Shown here in pieces: positions 47,703-55,981 of a stretch of DNA of 64,000 nt. Each line of letters starts with the position of its first letter. The first letter of the stretch is position 1. Position numbers and translations under genes: made by a program. The DNA is taken from assembly GCA_964391315.1 (NCBI GenBank), contig CAYMJR010000001.1:69949-133948 (forward strand), written 5' to 3'. The DNA is from an uncultured Gammaproteobacteria bacterium (GTDB lineage Bacteria > Patescibacteriota > Microgenomatia > Levybacterales > UBA12049). A model generated the notes under the pieces. The model made no database searches. It saw only the letters and a list, made by a program, of their open reading frames with translations, and was not told the DNA's origin.

Positions 47703-48989
47703 ATGATAAAAAAACTTTTGCTTATTGGGTTACTCATTGTTGCATGTGTTGGTCTTCCCATTACAATCTATCTTTTTCAGCATGCTCAAGATACAAGAAG
47801 TCATGCATCTGCAGGGACAACCCTTTCTCTCATACCTGGAGCTGGTCCATCAAATAGTACTCAAAAAAACGTAGGAGATAATATTCCAATCAATCTTATT
47901 GTCAATCCTGGCCCAAATCAGGTAGGCATTCTTAAAATACAAATTGTTTATGACCCAACCAAGATTCAACCTGATTCGAATAATCCTTTCACTGTAGTTT
48001 CTACTGTTCCACCGCCTTTACATGATCCTGTCATCGATAACAACAATGGCACTATTTCTTTCACTATTTCTGTTGGAACAGATATTAGTAAAGCAATACA
48101 GACTCAAGAGACAATAGGGACATATAATTTCAAAACCGTTGGGGCAACCAACGGTTCTCCCACTCTTGTTTCCTTTACCAACCAAACAGCAGTTCTCTCT
48201 ATCGGACCAAATGATCAAACCTCAGAAAATGTTCTCAGCAACACAACTCCTGCACAAATTACTATTCTTCCTGTAGTTCCAACACCAACTGATACACCAA
48301 CACCTACAGAGACACCGGTAACACCAACCAATACACCAACACCAACTAATACGCCAACTCCTAGACCAACTCGCACACCAACACCGATACCAACCAATAC
48401 ACCAACACCAACCAATACACCAACGCCTGCCCCACTTACTGCAAACGAATTTGCCCTTACTGTATTTTTGCACAACATTGGTAACAGCGGTGACAACACC
48501 AATCCTACTGCTTTCAGTCTCAGTAATAAAAAACCACTCCATCAGCCACGTGATTTCACTGTTTCAATCTACAACGCAGATACTGCAAAACTTATTATGA
48601 GTAAAACAGATAGTCTCGACTTCTCAAGCAATTCAGGTAATTATTCTGGAATATTTTCACTTGGACTAAGCCTTTTGGAAGGTGATTACATTATCAAGGT
48701 CAAAACAAATGATTTTCTCCAAAAAAGAGTCCCAGGGTTTTTCCATATCACACCAGCAACAGAAATTACACTTCCTGAAATTACCCTTATTGCAGGCGAT
48801 TCCAATGGAGATAATGTACTCAATATTCTTGATTACAATATGCTTACTGATTGCTACAGCGATTTCTTGCCACCAACAAATTGTGATGCTACTAAGAAGG
48901 ACGCAACCGACCTTAATGATGATGGAAATGTCGATATTTCCGATATTAACCTCTTCCTGCGTGAGCTCAAGGTCCAGAGCGGCGACTAA
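47703..48989 (+). CDS. Paralog: cohesin-like domain, long TPTP linker, beta-sandwich domain, dockerin
   Basis: 428 aa. Starts 3 nt after the previous stop. VGDNIPINLIVNPGPNQVGILKIQIVYDPTKIQP. Linker (TNTPTP)n at about 48279-48432. GDSNGDNVLNILDYNML and DLNDDGNVDISDINLFLREL. Ends VQSGD like the paralog. Confidence 0.65.
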   Translation: MIKKLLLIGLLIVACVGLPITIYLFQHAQDTRSHASAGTTLSLIPGAGPSNSTQKNVGDNIPINLIVNPGPNQVGILKIQIVYDPTKIQPDSNNPFTVVSTVPPPLHDPVIDNNNGTISFTISVGTDISKAIQTQETIGTYNFKTVGATNGSPTLVSFTNQTAVLSIGPNDQTSENVLSNTTPAQITILPVVPTPTDTPTPTETPVTPTNTPTPTNTPTPRPTRTPTPIPTNTPTPTNTPTPAPLTANEFALTVFLHNIGNSGDNTNPTAFSLSNKKPLHQPRDFTVSIYNADTAKLIMSKTDSLDFSSNSGNYSGIFSLGLSLLEGDYIIKVKTNDFLQKRVPGFFHITPATEITLPEITLIAGDSNGDNVLNILDYNMLTDCYSDFLPPTNCDATKKDATDLNDDGNVDISDINLFLRELKVQSGD

Positions 48990-48997
48990 AACAACGT

Positions 48998-49585
48998 ATG
49001 GCCAAAACAATTCTTACCTTTTTGATAATCTTCTCATTTCTCGTAGCAGGCATTGGATATATTGTGATCCTTTTCCAGGATAACAATACATCCTTTTCCC
49101 TACCCTTCCAGAATACTCCGACTCCAACCCCTGCCCCTATTACCTCGTTGACTCTGATACCCGAAACAGCAAGTGTTCTCCCACAACAAACAAATACCGT
49201 TGACGTTGTTTTTGACTCATCAAATAATACAAGCTACAAACCGAAAATAATTCAAATGGAAATTGGCTATGATCCGATGGCTCTTGAAAATGTCGCTATC
49301 GCACCTGGTGATTTCTTTCCTGATCCTTCTGTGGCACTTAATATCATTGATTTCAAAACCGGAAGAATATCCTATGCACTGCAAACAGCAAAGGTAAATC
49401 AAAAAACAAAAGGGATTGTTGCACGGCTTAGCTTTATACCCAATCCTACTTTTTCTGGGATCCAAACTGCTCTCTCATTTCTTGGCAAAACCATGATTCG
49501 AGGAATGGCAAATGAAAATATTCTTACAGCAACCTATGGAACGCAACTGCAGTTTGCTACTCCAAGTGCAACGCCAAAATTCTAA
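48998..49585 (+). CDS. Membrane-anchored cohesin-like protein (no dockerin)
   Basis: 195 aa. N-terminal TM segment LTFLIIFSFLVAGIGYIVILF, TPTPTPAP linker, then SLTLIPETASV...IIQMEIGYDPMALENVAIAPGDFF, which is cohesin-like. Confidence 0.55.
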   Translation: MAKTILTFLIIFSFLVAGIGYIVILFQDNNTSFSLPFQNTPTPTPAPITSLTLIPETASVLPQQTNTVDVVFDSSNNTSYKPKIIQMEIGYDPMALENVAIAPGDFFPDPSVALNIIDFKTGRISYALQTAKVNQKTKGIVARLSFIPNPTFSGIQTALSFLGKTMIRGMANENILTATYGTQLQFATPSATPKF

Positions 49586-49604
49586 TTAAAACTGATCTTT
49601 AAAA

Positions 49605-50456
49605 CTATTTTTTGAAGAGGAAGTTTGGATTGGCAAACGGAACGTGCATGCGAGACAAAAGAGGTTTTCGGACAATATGCTTCACATAAGTCACGTCAGG
49701 GTTACTTCCACTAAATGTCACATCAAAAATTGGAAGACCAGCTGCTAAATTTTGAAGTGTTGCCTCAAGCTGCAAATCAGCTTCCCGGCGCATATCTTCA
49801 AAAGTAACTCCTTCGATATTCATTGTTTTGACCAGCTGCTGCATAAACGCATGGTCCCGATCAATATCATAGACAAAATACATTTGATGCCGTTTTGGAT
49901 TATCTGCAAGCACTGTATATTTGTCACTATGCACAATCAAAACTCCCCGCTCCTCGTGCTTGCCAGCAAGATTTACCATCTCGATATTTGAATTTACTTC
50001 ACAGAGATTACGGGCATAATGCACAATTTCTTTGATATCGCCGCTTCGTACATCATATTCCCATGAAAGCCCTTTTCGTCCTGCCTTTGCAAGATGCCCA
50101 CAGCCGATGAGTCCATGATTAGCATGAGGTGTAGGATCTGTGTGTTCGTCTGTGTGAAGATAAAATTTCTTGTTTAGTTGGTTTACTGCTTTGAAGACTG
50201 CATTAAAACATTCTGTTGGTGTCAATCCAAGATTTTTATTACGACTGACTGCTTCAAGTGCCATCACATAACCGCAGTCAGCACCGGCTCGTGCGATCAT
50301 TCCATGGCCTTGATTCGGAAGATAACGGCCATCAACGCATTTAGTACCTTTTTGTACTTCAATAATACTTGCTTTAACGTAGTTGATGACTTCTTCTATT
50401 TCAAAGGTGGCGGGAGATTTTGAATTTTTATAGAGTGATTGAAAAATATTGCCCAT
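49605..50456 (-). CDS. Hypothetical protein with beta-carbonic-anhydrase-like CxDxR motif
   Basis: ATG at 50456 is preceded by GGGAGGAT, so the track start at 50522 is rejected. Motifs KCVDGRY, GMIARAGAD and GLIGCGHLAKAG. Confidence 0.5.
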   Translation of the reverse strand: MGNIFQSLYKNSKSPATFEIEEVINYVKASIIEVQKGTKCVDGRYLPNQGHGMIARAGADCGYVMALEAVSRNKNLGLTPTECFNAVFKAVNQLNKKFYLHTDEHTDPTPHANHGLIGCGHLAKAGRKGLSWEYDVRSGDIKEIVHYARNLCEVNSNIEMVNLAGKHEERGVLIVHSDKYTVLADNPKRHQMYFVYDIDRDHAFMQQLVKTMNIEGVTFEDMRREADLQLEATLQNLAAGLPIFDVTFSGSNPDVTYVKHIVRKPLLSRMHVPFANPNFLFKK

Positions 50457-50541
50457 ACGTATATCCTCCCAGGGTCTAGACCACAGTATTATAGTAACAC
50501 ATCTTCCAAAATGCAACAACAACCTGACAAATAGCTGATAC

Positions 50542-50570
50542 TTGACATTGATTTTATTACAGGATAATAT
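50542..50570 (+). promoter_or_regulatory. Promoter TTGACA-N17-TAATAT
   Basis: -35 at 50542-50547, -10 at 50565-50570, ATG at 50588 (17 nt later). No SD sequence. Confidence 0.55.
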
Positions 50571-50587
50571 ACATTTTTATCAAAATT

Positions 50588-51865
50588 ATGGGCATGTCTC
50601 CAGATCGAAGACAATTGAGTTTTGGTACACAACCTACTAACGAACGAGTCTCTATTCCTGAACAGCGTAGAAGACCAAAAGAAGTAGTACATTCTGCTGA
50701 AGCTTATCTCGCAGACAACAGATCTCCTGAAGCAAGGGAAAGATTAGCTAAACATCATGAACACAAAATGCATGGAACTCTTGTATATGTAGCAGGCTGC
50801 GGTGATGCGCGTGCAGAGGAAGAAATGGCAGAGCAGACATTAGTGGATAGGCGTATTGCTGCTGCCGTATTACCTGAGAAAGCACAACAGCCGCTTGCAG
50901 ATCCTTCGGTAATGTTTGGCACCGTTAGTATTCACTTTGCGGGAAGTAAGACACGACAAGGAGAAAGACTACGAGGTTGTGGTGGTCAAGACGCAGTTGA
51001 AGAATTATCTCATATAGATGGTCCACCAGCTATTGATCCTCTATTCCAATATGCAGGACGTATAGCCCATGCCGATCCAACGATTCATGGCCTTAAATTA
51101 GCACGAAGACTTGCGAGAACTTCCGATGTCGGTAAACTCGTTGCATTGACAACACATGATCATGAAACGGGTGAAAGAAGAGCAATTGGTTACTCTCAAC
51201 GTAAGGGGAAAATTATGATGGATGTCACTCCTGCAGATTTCCATATGCCTCTTGATGGACAATATGACCCAAAACTTATTTATTCAAATGGTCTTCCCAG
51301 TCTTGATATGGACAGCTTACCTGGCAACGTCCAAGAATTTTTAGTGAGATACCAAGAAAAATTGGCAACACAACCCGTGATTGCTGAAGACCAAGCGACG
51401 CAAGATCCCGGCGCTATCATGTTTACCACAGAACTACGGGATAGTAAACTTTGGTTACCTGATACATATGCAAAACGTAACTCTGGTTTTAGGTTGACTC
51501 TTTACCAAAGTCCAAATAGAGTTGTTTCTCCTGATGATCAAGATGTTGCATTAGCACAAGCACGATATGTATTTCGTCAAAGTGTAGATAATGCCCATCT
51601 TCCAGGTACACCTTTTCACTCTACAAGTACTGCAGCAGTACTTACTGATCAATATGATTTTTCAAGACAATTTGCTGCAAGATTAGTACAGTCTGTACAA
51701 GACTTAAGTAGAACTGATGGTAAACCATCCTGGTTTGAATTCCCAAATAGAAAGATAATCGTGGGAGAAGTTCATAATGGAAATATACATAGAATAGGTG
51801 AAATAACTGTAGGAGTAAAAGGTGGGGTTGTTAATAAATTTGAAGAACGAGAACTTCGAATTTAG
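50588..51865 (+). CDS. Hypothetical protein, N-terminal beta-carbonic-anhydrase-like region plus unknown C-terminal domain
   Basis: 425 aa. Motifs VAGCGDARA, LVDRRIAAA, RGCGGQDA and LTTHDHETGERR, in the order of the beta-CA motifs CxDxR / RxAG / CGG / YDxxTG. The canonical HxxC is absent. Confidence 0.5.
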   Translation: MGMSPDRRQLSFGTQPTNERVSIPEQRRRPKEVVHSAEAYLADNRSPEARERLAKHHEHKMHGTLVYVAGCGDARAEEEMAEQTLVDRRIAAAVLPEKAQQPLADPSVMFGTVSIHFAGSKTRQGERLRGCGGQDAVEELSHIDGPPAIDPLFQYAGRIAHADPTIHGLKLARRLARTSDVGKLVALTTHDHETGERRAIGYSQRKGKIMMDVTPADFHMPLDGQYDPKLIYSNGLPSLDMDSLPGNVQEFLVRYQEKLATQPVIAEDQATQDPGAIMFTTELRDSKLWLPDTYAKRNSGFRLTLYQSPNRVVSPDDQDVALAQARYVFRQSVDNAHLPGTPFHSTSTAAVLTDQYDFSRQFAARLVQSVQDLSRTDGKPSWFEFPNRKIIVGEVHNGNIHRIGEITVGVKGGVVNKFEERELRI

Positions 51866-51915
51866 TTCTCATATCCCCCACTCTCCAGGCCTCCTGTGCT
51901 ATACTAAATCAGCTC

Positions 51916-52482
51916 ATGGACAAGATGAATTTTATCTCTATGAAAGGCTCTTTTATTGGTATCTTTATCACACTTATCTTAATCCTTACCATTCCTGTAC
52001 TTTTTCTTCTCTCACAGGAAAATAAGTTACTGGGAAGCAAACAACCCAATCCTACCCCGACCCCTATCAAGATGACCTTTGCTAATGGAGAAGGCATTAT
52101 CGAAGGCTATGTCTATCATGATACCAACCGCGATGGCAAACGTGAGGCGGAAGAAAAACCATTCTCCGATGTAAAAATGGAAATGAAAATTCTTACGGAA
52201 GACAATTCCAAACAACAAACACTTGATGCAACAACAGACACATATGGCTACTTTAGCTTCCATTTCCCAAGCAATAGCAAGGATTCATACATGATAAAAC
52301 TTGTCCTGCCTCAAAATTATCAAACGGTTGATACTAATCCTGTTATTGTCTCAGATATGCAACCCAATACGCAGAAAATTGTGGAATTTGGATTAGCGCT
52401 TTCCGGAGATATTACGCCATCGCCTACTAACAAACCTACAACCAAACAGATAGGTGAAACATCACCTACTCCTTCTCAATAA
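51916..52482 (+). CDS. Secreted SdrD-B/Cna-B-like domain protein
   Basis: 188 aa with a signal/anchor. IEGYVYHDTNRDGKREAEEKPFSDVKMEM...TDTYGYFSFHFP...YMIKLVLPQNY. PT-rich tail. An extended -10 (TGCTATACT) lies 10 nt before the ATG. Confidence 0.65.
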   Translation: MDKMNFISMKGSFIGIFITLILILTIPVLFLLSQENKLLGSKQPNPTPTPIKMTFANGEGIIEGYVYHDTNRDGKREAEEKPFSDVKMEMKILTEDNSKQQTLDATTDTYGYFSFHFPSNSKDSYMIKLVLPQNYQTVDTNPVIVSDMQPNTQKIVEFGLALSGDITPSPTNKPTTKQIGETSPTPSQ

Positions 52483-52751
52483 TCATTTGTTTCTTCCTTT
52501 TTATCTCCCCATCTCCAAGTTGTTGGCTCGCCTTTTAGATACGCAATAATCAAAATAATCGCAGATAGAATTAAAAACCGCGGAGCAAAATTGATTAGTC
52601 TATAGCTGACTGAATGCGACTGACTGGCAATTTGAATAAACGAGTAAATCAAGCCTCCTAGATACAGAAGAAGCACGAGCCATCCTTGCCAGGTGTTTGG
52701 AGACCACCCATAGCCATAACGATGCGCTTTAAACCAATAGTGCTGTGCCAT
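52476..52751 (-). CDS. Small membrane protein
   Basis: ATG at 52751 (MAQHYWFKAHRYGYGWSPNTWQGW...). Two TM segments. Confidence 0.5.
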   Translation of the reverse strand: MAQHYWFKAHRYGYGWSPNTWQGWLVLLLYLGGLIYSFIQIASQSHSVSYRLINFAPRFLILSAIILIIAYLKGEPTTWRWGDKKEETNDY

Positions 52752-52775
52752 ACATCCAGTATACCAACTCACCTA

Positions 52776-53615
52776 CTACTTGGCAAACACGCCGTTTGAT
52801 TCATCGAGGAATGAATTATATGCTTTCATCAATTCCTTCAAACTTTCAGAAATCTGTAAAACATGATCGTCTATTTGTCTAATCGGAACAATTTTTGAAC
52901 TCGTGCTCGTAAGAAAAGCCCCATCATAGTCAGTAATTTGAGCTAGTGGGATCGCGGCTTCATGAATGGTAAAGCCATTTTGTTTGGCAATGTGAATGAC
53001 TGTCTGACGGGTGACCCCTTCCAGTACTTCTTCAACCGGTGCGGTAAATAATTCCCACCCCTTCACTGCAAAAAAATTAGTTCGTGTCCCCTCAACTATC
53101 GTTCCTGTACGGGAAATTAACAATGCGTCATAACACTCAGCCTCTTTTGCTTGTTTGTAAAAAAGATAGCTGGGAAGCATATTCAGTGTCTTTGCTTGTG
53201 GCAAAAACCGTTCATATTCAACAGTAATCGTCTTCACGCCTTCTGAGTAGAATTTACGGTCTGGGAAATGAGGAGCAAGCGCCATGATAAAAAGTTGTGG
53301 CTCTCTTCCACCAATCAATAGCATTTTTATATTACAAGATCCATCTGTTGTTAATTCCAATTTTTCTAATAGTTCTTGAAGATATTTCTCAATCTCAGAA
53401 GCATTAAACGGGTGTGACAAACCAATGACCTCTGCAGATTTTTGCAAACGGTCAATATGTTGCTTCACAAAATAGACAATACCATTTCTCACCCTAATGT
53501 TTTCGTAGACTCCGAACCCGTAAGAAAACTCAATATTGGATAGCGACATTACAGCATCATCAATTGACAGAATCTGTCCATTTTTGGAGAAAAAAGGAAA
53601 ATTATTAGTTGCCAT
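52776..53615 (-). CDS. Class IV aminotransferase (branched-chain / D-amino-acid aminotransferase family)
   Basis: 279 aa. FSYGFGVYENIRV, HIDRLQKSA, the EGTRTNFF motif and the PLP fold-type IV pattern. Confidence 0.8.
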   Translation of the reverse strand: MATNNFPFFSKNGQILSIDDAVMSLSNIEFSYGFGVYENIRVRNGIVYFVKQHIDRLQKSAEVIGLSHPFNASEIEKYLQELLEKLELTTDGSCNIKMLLIGGREPQLFIMALAPHFPDRKFYSEGVKTITVEYERFLPQAKTLNMLPSYLFYKQAKEAECYDALLISRTGTIVEGTRTNFFAVKGWELFTAPVEEVLEGVTRQTVIHIAKQNGFTIHEAAIPLAQITDYDGAFLTSTSSKIVPIRQIDDHVLQISESLKELMKAYNSFLDESNGVFAK

Positions 53616-53652
53616 TCTCGTTATTTTATCAAATCTTAATAAATTTTTCAGT

Positions 53653-53778
53653 TTAGCTTAATGATGTTTTTGATTTATATGCCGTAATATATTGAACTAA
53701 AAGCGCCGCGATAATAAAAAAAGAGAAAAGATAAACTATACGATCGATAAGCTGCCGCGTATTTATTGGTGCATCCAT
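53653..53778 (-). CDS. Possible 41-aa membrane peptide
   Basis: The track ORF (to 53892) would overlap tRNA-Ile. The internal ATG at 53778 gives MDAPINTRQLIDRIVYLFSFFIIAALLVQYITAYKSKTSLS. Weak support. Confidence 0.25.
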   Translation of the reverse strand: MDAPINTRQLIDRIVYLFSFFIIAALLVQYITAYKSKTSLS

Positions 53779-53885
53779 AATTTTATGGTAGCATATCTTT
53801 ATTTTTGCTCTACTATCTACTACATAAGACATGTTCAATTTTTGGAAGTAAAGTGGAGTTCTTGAGTAGAATAAGTAATAATTAG

Positions 53886-53958
53886 TGGGCATCCATGGAG
53901 TCGAACCATGCGCCTCTTTCTTATCAGGAAAGCGTTCTAGCCGATGAACTAGATGCCC
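53886..53958 (-). tRNA. tRNA-Ile (anticodon GAU)
   Basis: 73 nt: GGGCATC-TA-GTTC-ATCGGCTA-GAAC-G-CTTTC-CTGATAA-GAAAG-AGGCG-CATGG-TTCGACT-CCATG-GATGCCC-A. All stems pair. CCA is not encoded. Confidence 0.9.
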
Positions 53959-54008
53959 GTTTAATAACAGTAATTATAGCAGAAAGAGGCTGAGATGACT
54001 ACAGATTT

Positions 54009-54197
54009 TTAAAATCCTGCTGCATTAGCAATTTTAGAGAGAAATGGCGCTACCATTGTCCGATGAAATATTACTTTTACTGCTCTAAGTCGTGGATTCA
54101 CAACCGCACCCATCGCTTCCATTCCGACAGCAAGACTTGCTAAAAAAATTGCTGTTGCTTCTTTTGGTTCTTGTTCTGATGTTTCATGTTCTTTCAT
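54009..54197 (-). CDS. Hypothetical small protein
   Basis: 62 aa. TATAAT (54210-54205) lies 7 nt upstream of the ATG. No homolog recognised. Confidence 0.3.
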   Translation of the reverse strand: MKEHETSEQEPKEATAIFLASLAVGMEAMGAVVNPRLRAVKVIFHRTMVAPFLSKIANAAGF

Positions 54198-54274
54198 GAT
54201 TCTGATTATAGAGGTAAGTATGAGGACTAACTTGATATCTTCCTTATAAAATCTTTAGAAGAAAACAGCAGGAG

Positions 54275-54385
54275 TTACAAACTTGCGATTAGAGCAACAA
54301 TGAAAATAATTCCTCCAACCAAAGCAAGTCGTTTCCATCGTTCCTTTTGTGCGTCAGGGTTACTTCCCTGTTCCGGACTTGCCAT
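54275..54385 (-). CDS. Possible 36-aa tail-anchored membrane peptide
   Basis: Below the track cutoff. My translation is MASPEQGSNPDAQKERWKRLALVGGIIFIVALIASL. Starts 4 nt after the tRNA-Cys 3' end. No SD sequence. Confidence 0.25.
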   Translation of the reverse strand: MASPEQGSNPDAQKERWKRLALVGGIIFIVALIASL

Positions 54386-54389
54386 AGTG

Positions 54390-54462
54390 AGGCGCGAAGG
54401 GGAGTTGCACCCCTGAATGGCTGTTCTGCAGACAGCTGTGTTAGCTACTTCACCACCGCGCC
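54390..54462 (-). tRNA. tRNA-Cys (anticodon GCA)
   Basis: 73 nt: GGCGCGG-TG-GTGA-AGTAGCTA-ACAC-A-GCTGT-CTGCAGA-ACAGC-CATTC-AGGGG-TGCAACT-CCCCT-TCGCGCC-T. U73 discriminator and A13/A22 mismatch as in bacterial tRNA-Cys. T loop is unusual (G at position 55). Confidence 0.75.
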
Positions 54463-54507
54463 GAGTTTCCTAATCTTACCACAGCCTAGCCTCACAAACA
54501 AGGCAGA

Positions 54508-54536
54508 CACAAAAAAATCCGCCGTAGCGGATTTAT
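54508..54536 (-). terminator. Intrinsic terminator immediately after the 16S 3' processing stem
   Basis: Minus-strand AAATCCGC-TACG-GCGGATTT followed by TTTTGTG. Confidence 0.7.
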
Positions 54537-54539
54537 TGC

Positions 54540-54573
54540 AATAATTAAAGACACAAAGCCAAAATGTGGTAGG
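54540..54573 (-). other. 16S 3' trailer halves of the bipartite processing stem
   Basis: 54560-54573 is the exact complement of 57920-57933 (14 bp). 54540-54555 is the exact complement of 57996-58011 (16 bp). Confidence 0.75.
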
Positions 54574-54869
54574 AAGGCGAGAATAGTTTTGTCTGTCCCT
54601 AAGTAATAGCGGGACCAACCAGGTACCATTCACTCAACCTGTTGCCTTACATTCCCCTCATTAACCCAGTCGTGAGACTGTCCTAATAAGTTTCCTGTCT
54701 TCCCCAATCCTAAATTTCTCAAAAAAGGAAATTTAAGAAAGGAGGTGATCCATCCCCAGCTTCGGCTAGGGATACCTTGTTACGACTTAAGCTTCATCGC
54801 TGAATTTGGACTCGAACCCCTTGCGGGATGCTTCATCCACTCCCAACTTTGCTGCCTTGACGGGCGGTG

Positions 54870-55665
54870 ATCGCAGTAAGAACTATTCTGCTCCCCACTG
54901 GACGTGCGGATTTCCCGCATCCAGCGAGTCTCTTATAAAATCCTCTTTGAGAAGTCTAATCTTCCCAATGCCATCGGAAGTAAGATGCTGTTTGTTTAAC
55001 ATTAATTCTGCTACTTTACAAAATAATGCAAAACTAAATTTTTTCTTTGCTTGTAAAGGATACTTCTGAAAAAAAGGTATAACTTTTGTTGTGATATCTT
55101 TTAAGTTTGAGACTTTATATTTACAATGGGGTCTCCACTTTTTATATCTCTCATAGTTGAGGTAATAAATATTACCACAACTAAGCGTTTCTTTTACTCT
55201 TTCCAGAATTTCCTTATCATCTTCTCGTAATTCAATTTCAAAGATGAGTCTTACTTCAAGCAAACGATTATTGTTATGGTTGTTAAAAGTAATACTAAAA
55301 CAACCTTCACCATCTACTAAACCGACTAAATAATAAGGATTTAATTTTGAGTTCATCCCTTCTCCTAATATTATTATACATAATACTAAGATACTATGGA
55401 ATTTGCTGACTTCCTCTAGCCTATTATTGTTCTGACGCATAGAGGATCTCCTTGGGTCACGCAAAAAACAATTTCAAACATCCTAAAAAGCTTTTTCAGG
55501 GCTCTTCCTCTTAGTACACATAAGAGTCGAGCTGCTTTGTAATTTTAGGCTACTCTTCGTTACATCGAACCCTTCAGACTTTCTCTTACGAGCTAAGTCC
55601 TGTTCTTCAACTACATGAGTGGATTTTCACCACTTTGTTTTTTACGCTGCCAAGCGCATTTAATT
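54870..55665 (-). mobile_element. 796-nt insertion in 16S between TGTACA and CACCGCCCGTC (about E. coli 1396/1397), carrying a LAGLIDADG gene
   Basis: Flanking exon sequences rejoin to the universal TGTACACACCGCCCGTC. The insert starts AAUUAAAUGCG and ends CUUACUGCGAU. Confidence 0.8.
54883..55356 (-). CDS. LAGLIDADG homing endonuclease (single-motif, about 157 aa)
   Basis: ATG at 55356 is preceded by AGGAGAAGGG. MNSKLNPYYLVGLVDGEGCFSI carries the LAGLIDADG motif. Lies entirely inside the insertion. Confidence 0.85.
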   Translation of the reverse strand: MNSKLNPYYLVGLVDGEGCFSITFNNHNNNRLLEVRLIFEIELREDDKEILERVKETLSCGNIYYLNYERYKKWRPHCKYKVSNLKDITTKVIPFFQKYPLQAKKKFSFALFCKVAELMLNKQHLTSDGIGKIRLLKEDFIRDSLDAGNPHVQWGAE

Positions 55666-55981
55666 TGTACAAGACCCGAGAACGTATTCACCGCGGCCTT
55701 CTGATCCGCGATTACTACTGATTCCGACTTCATGGAGTCGGGTTGCAGACTCCAATCTGAACTGAGGCGAAATTTCTGAGATTAGCTTGCCGTCACCGGC
55801 TTGCAGCTCATTGTTCTTCGCCATTGTAGGGTGTGTGTTACCCAAGGTATAAGGGACGTGCTGACTTGACGTCTTCCGCTCCTTCCTTCCCAGTAAAACT
55901 GGGACCGTTTCTAATGAATATGTAACATTAGACACGGGTTGCGCTCGTTTCCCCACTTAAGGGAACACCTCCGAATCGTTT

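Noticed and set aside
48215-48542. Antisense ORFs through the TPTP linker (GVGV-rich, 48215-48502 and 48222-48542). The same reasoning applies to similar ORFs opposite the poly-Gly/PT regions of 43180 (43481-43867, 44366-44704).
   Set aside because: These are mirror-frame artefacts of low-complexity coding repeats. The sense-strand proteins have coherent domain architecture.
53779-53892. The full-length track ORF 53653-53892.
   Set aside because: Its first codons overlap the 3' end of tRNA-Ile (53886-53958) on the same strand. Only a shorter internal-start version is retained, at low confidence.
54347-54633. Track ORFs 54347-54544 (plus) and 54445-54633 (minus).
   Set aside because: They overlap the tRNA-Cys gene, the 16S terminator and the processing stem. 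They are non-coding by context.
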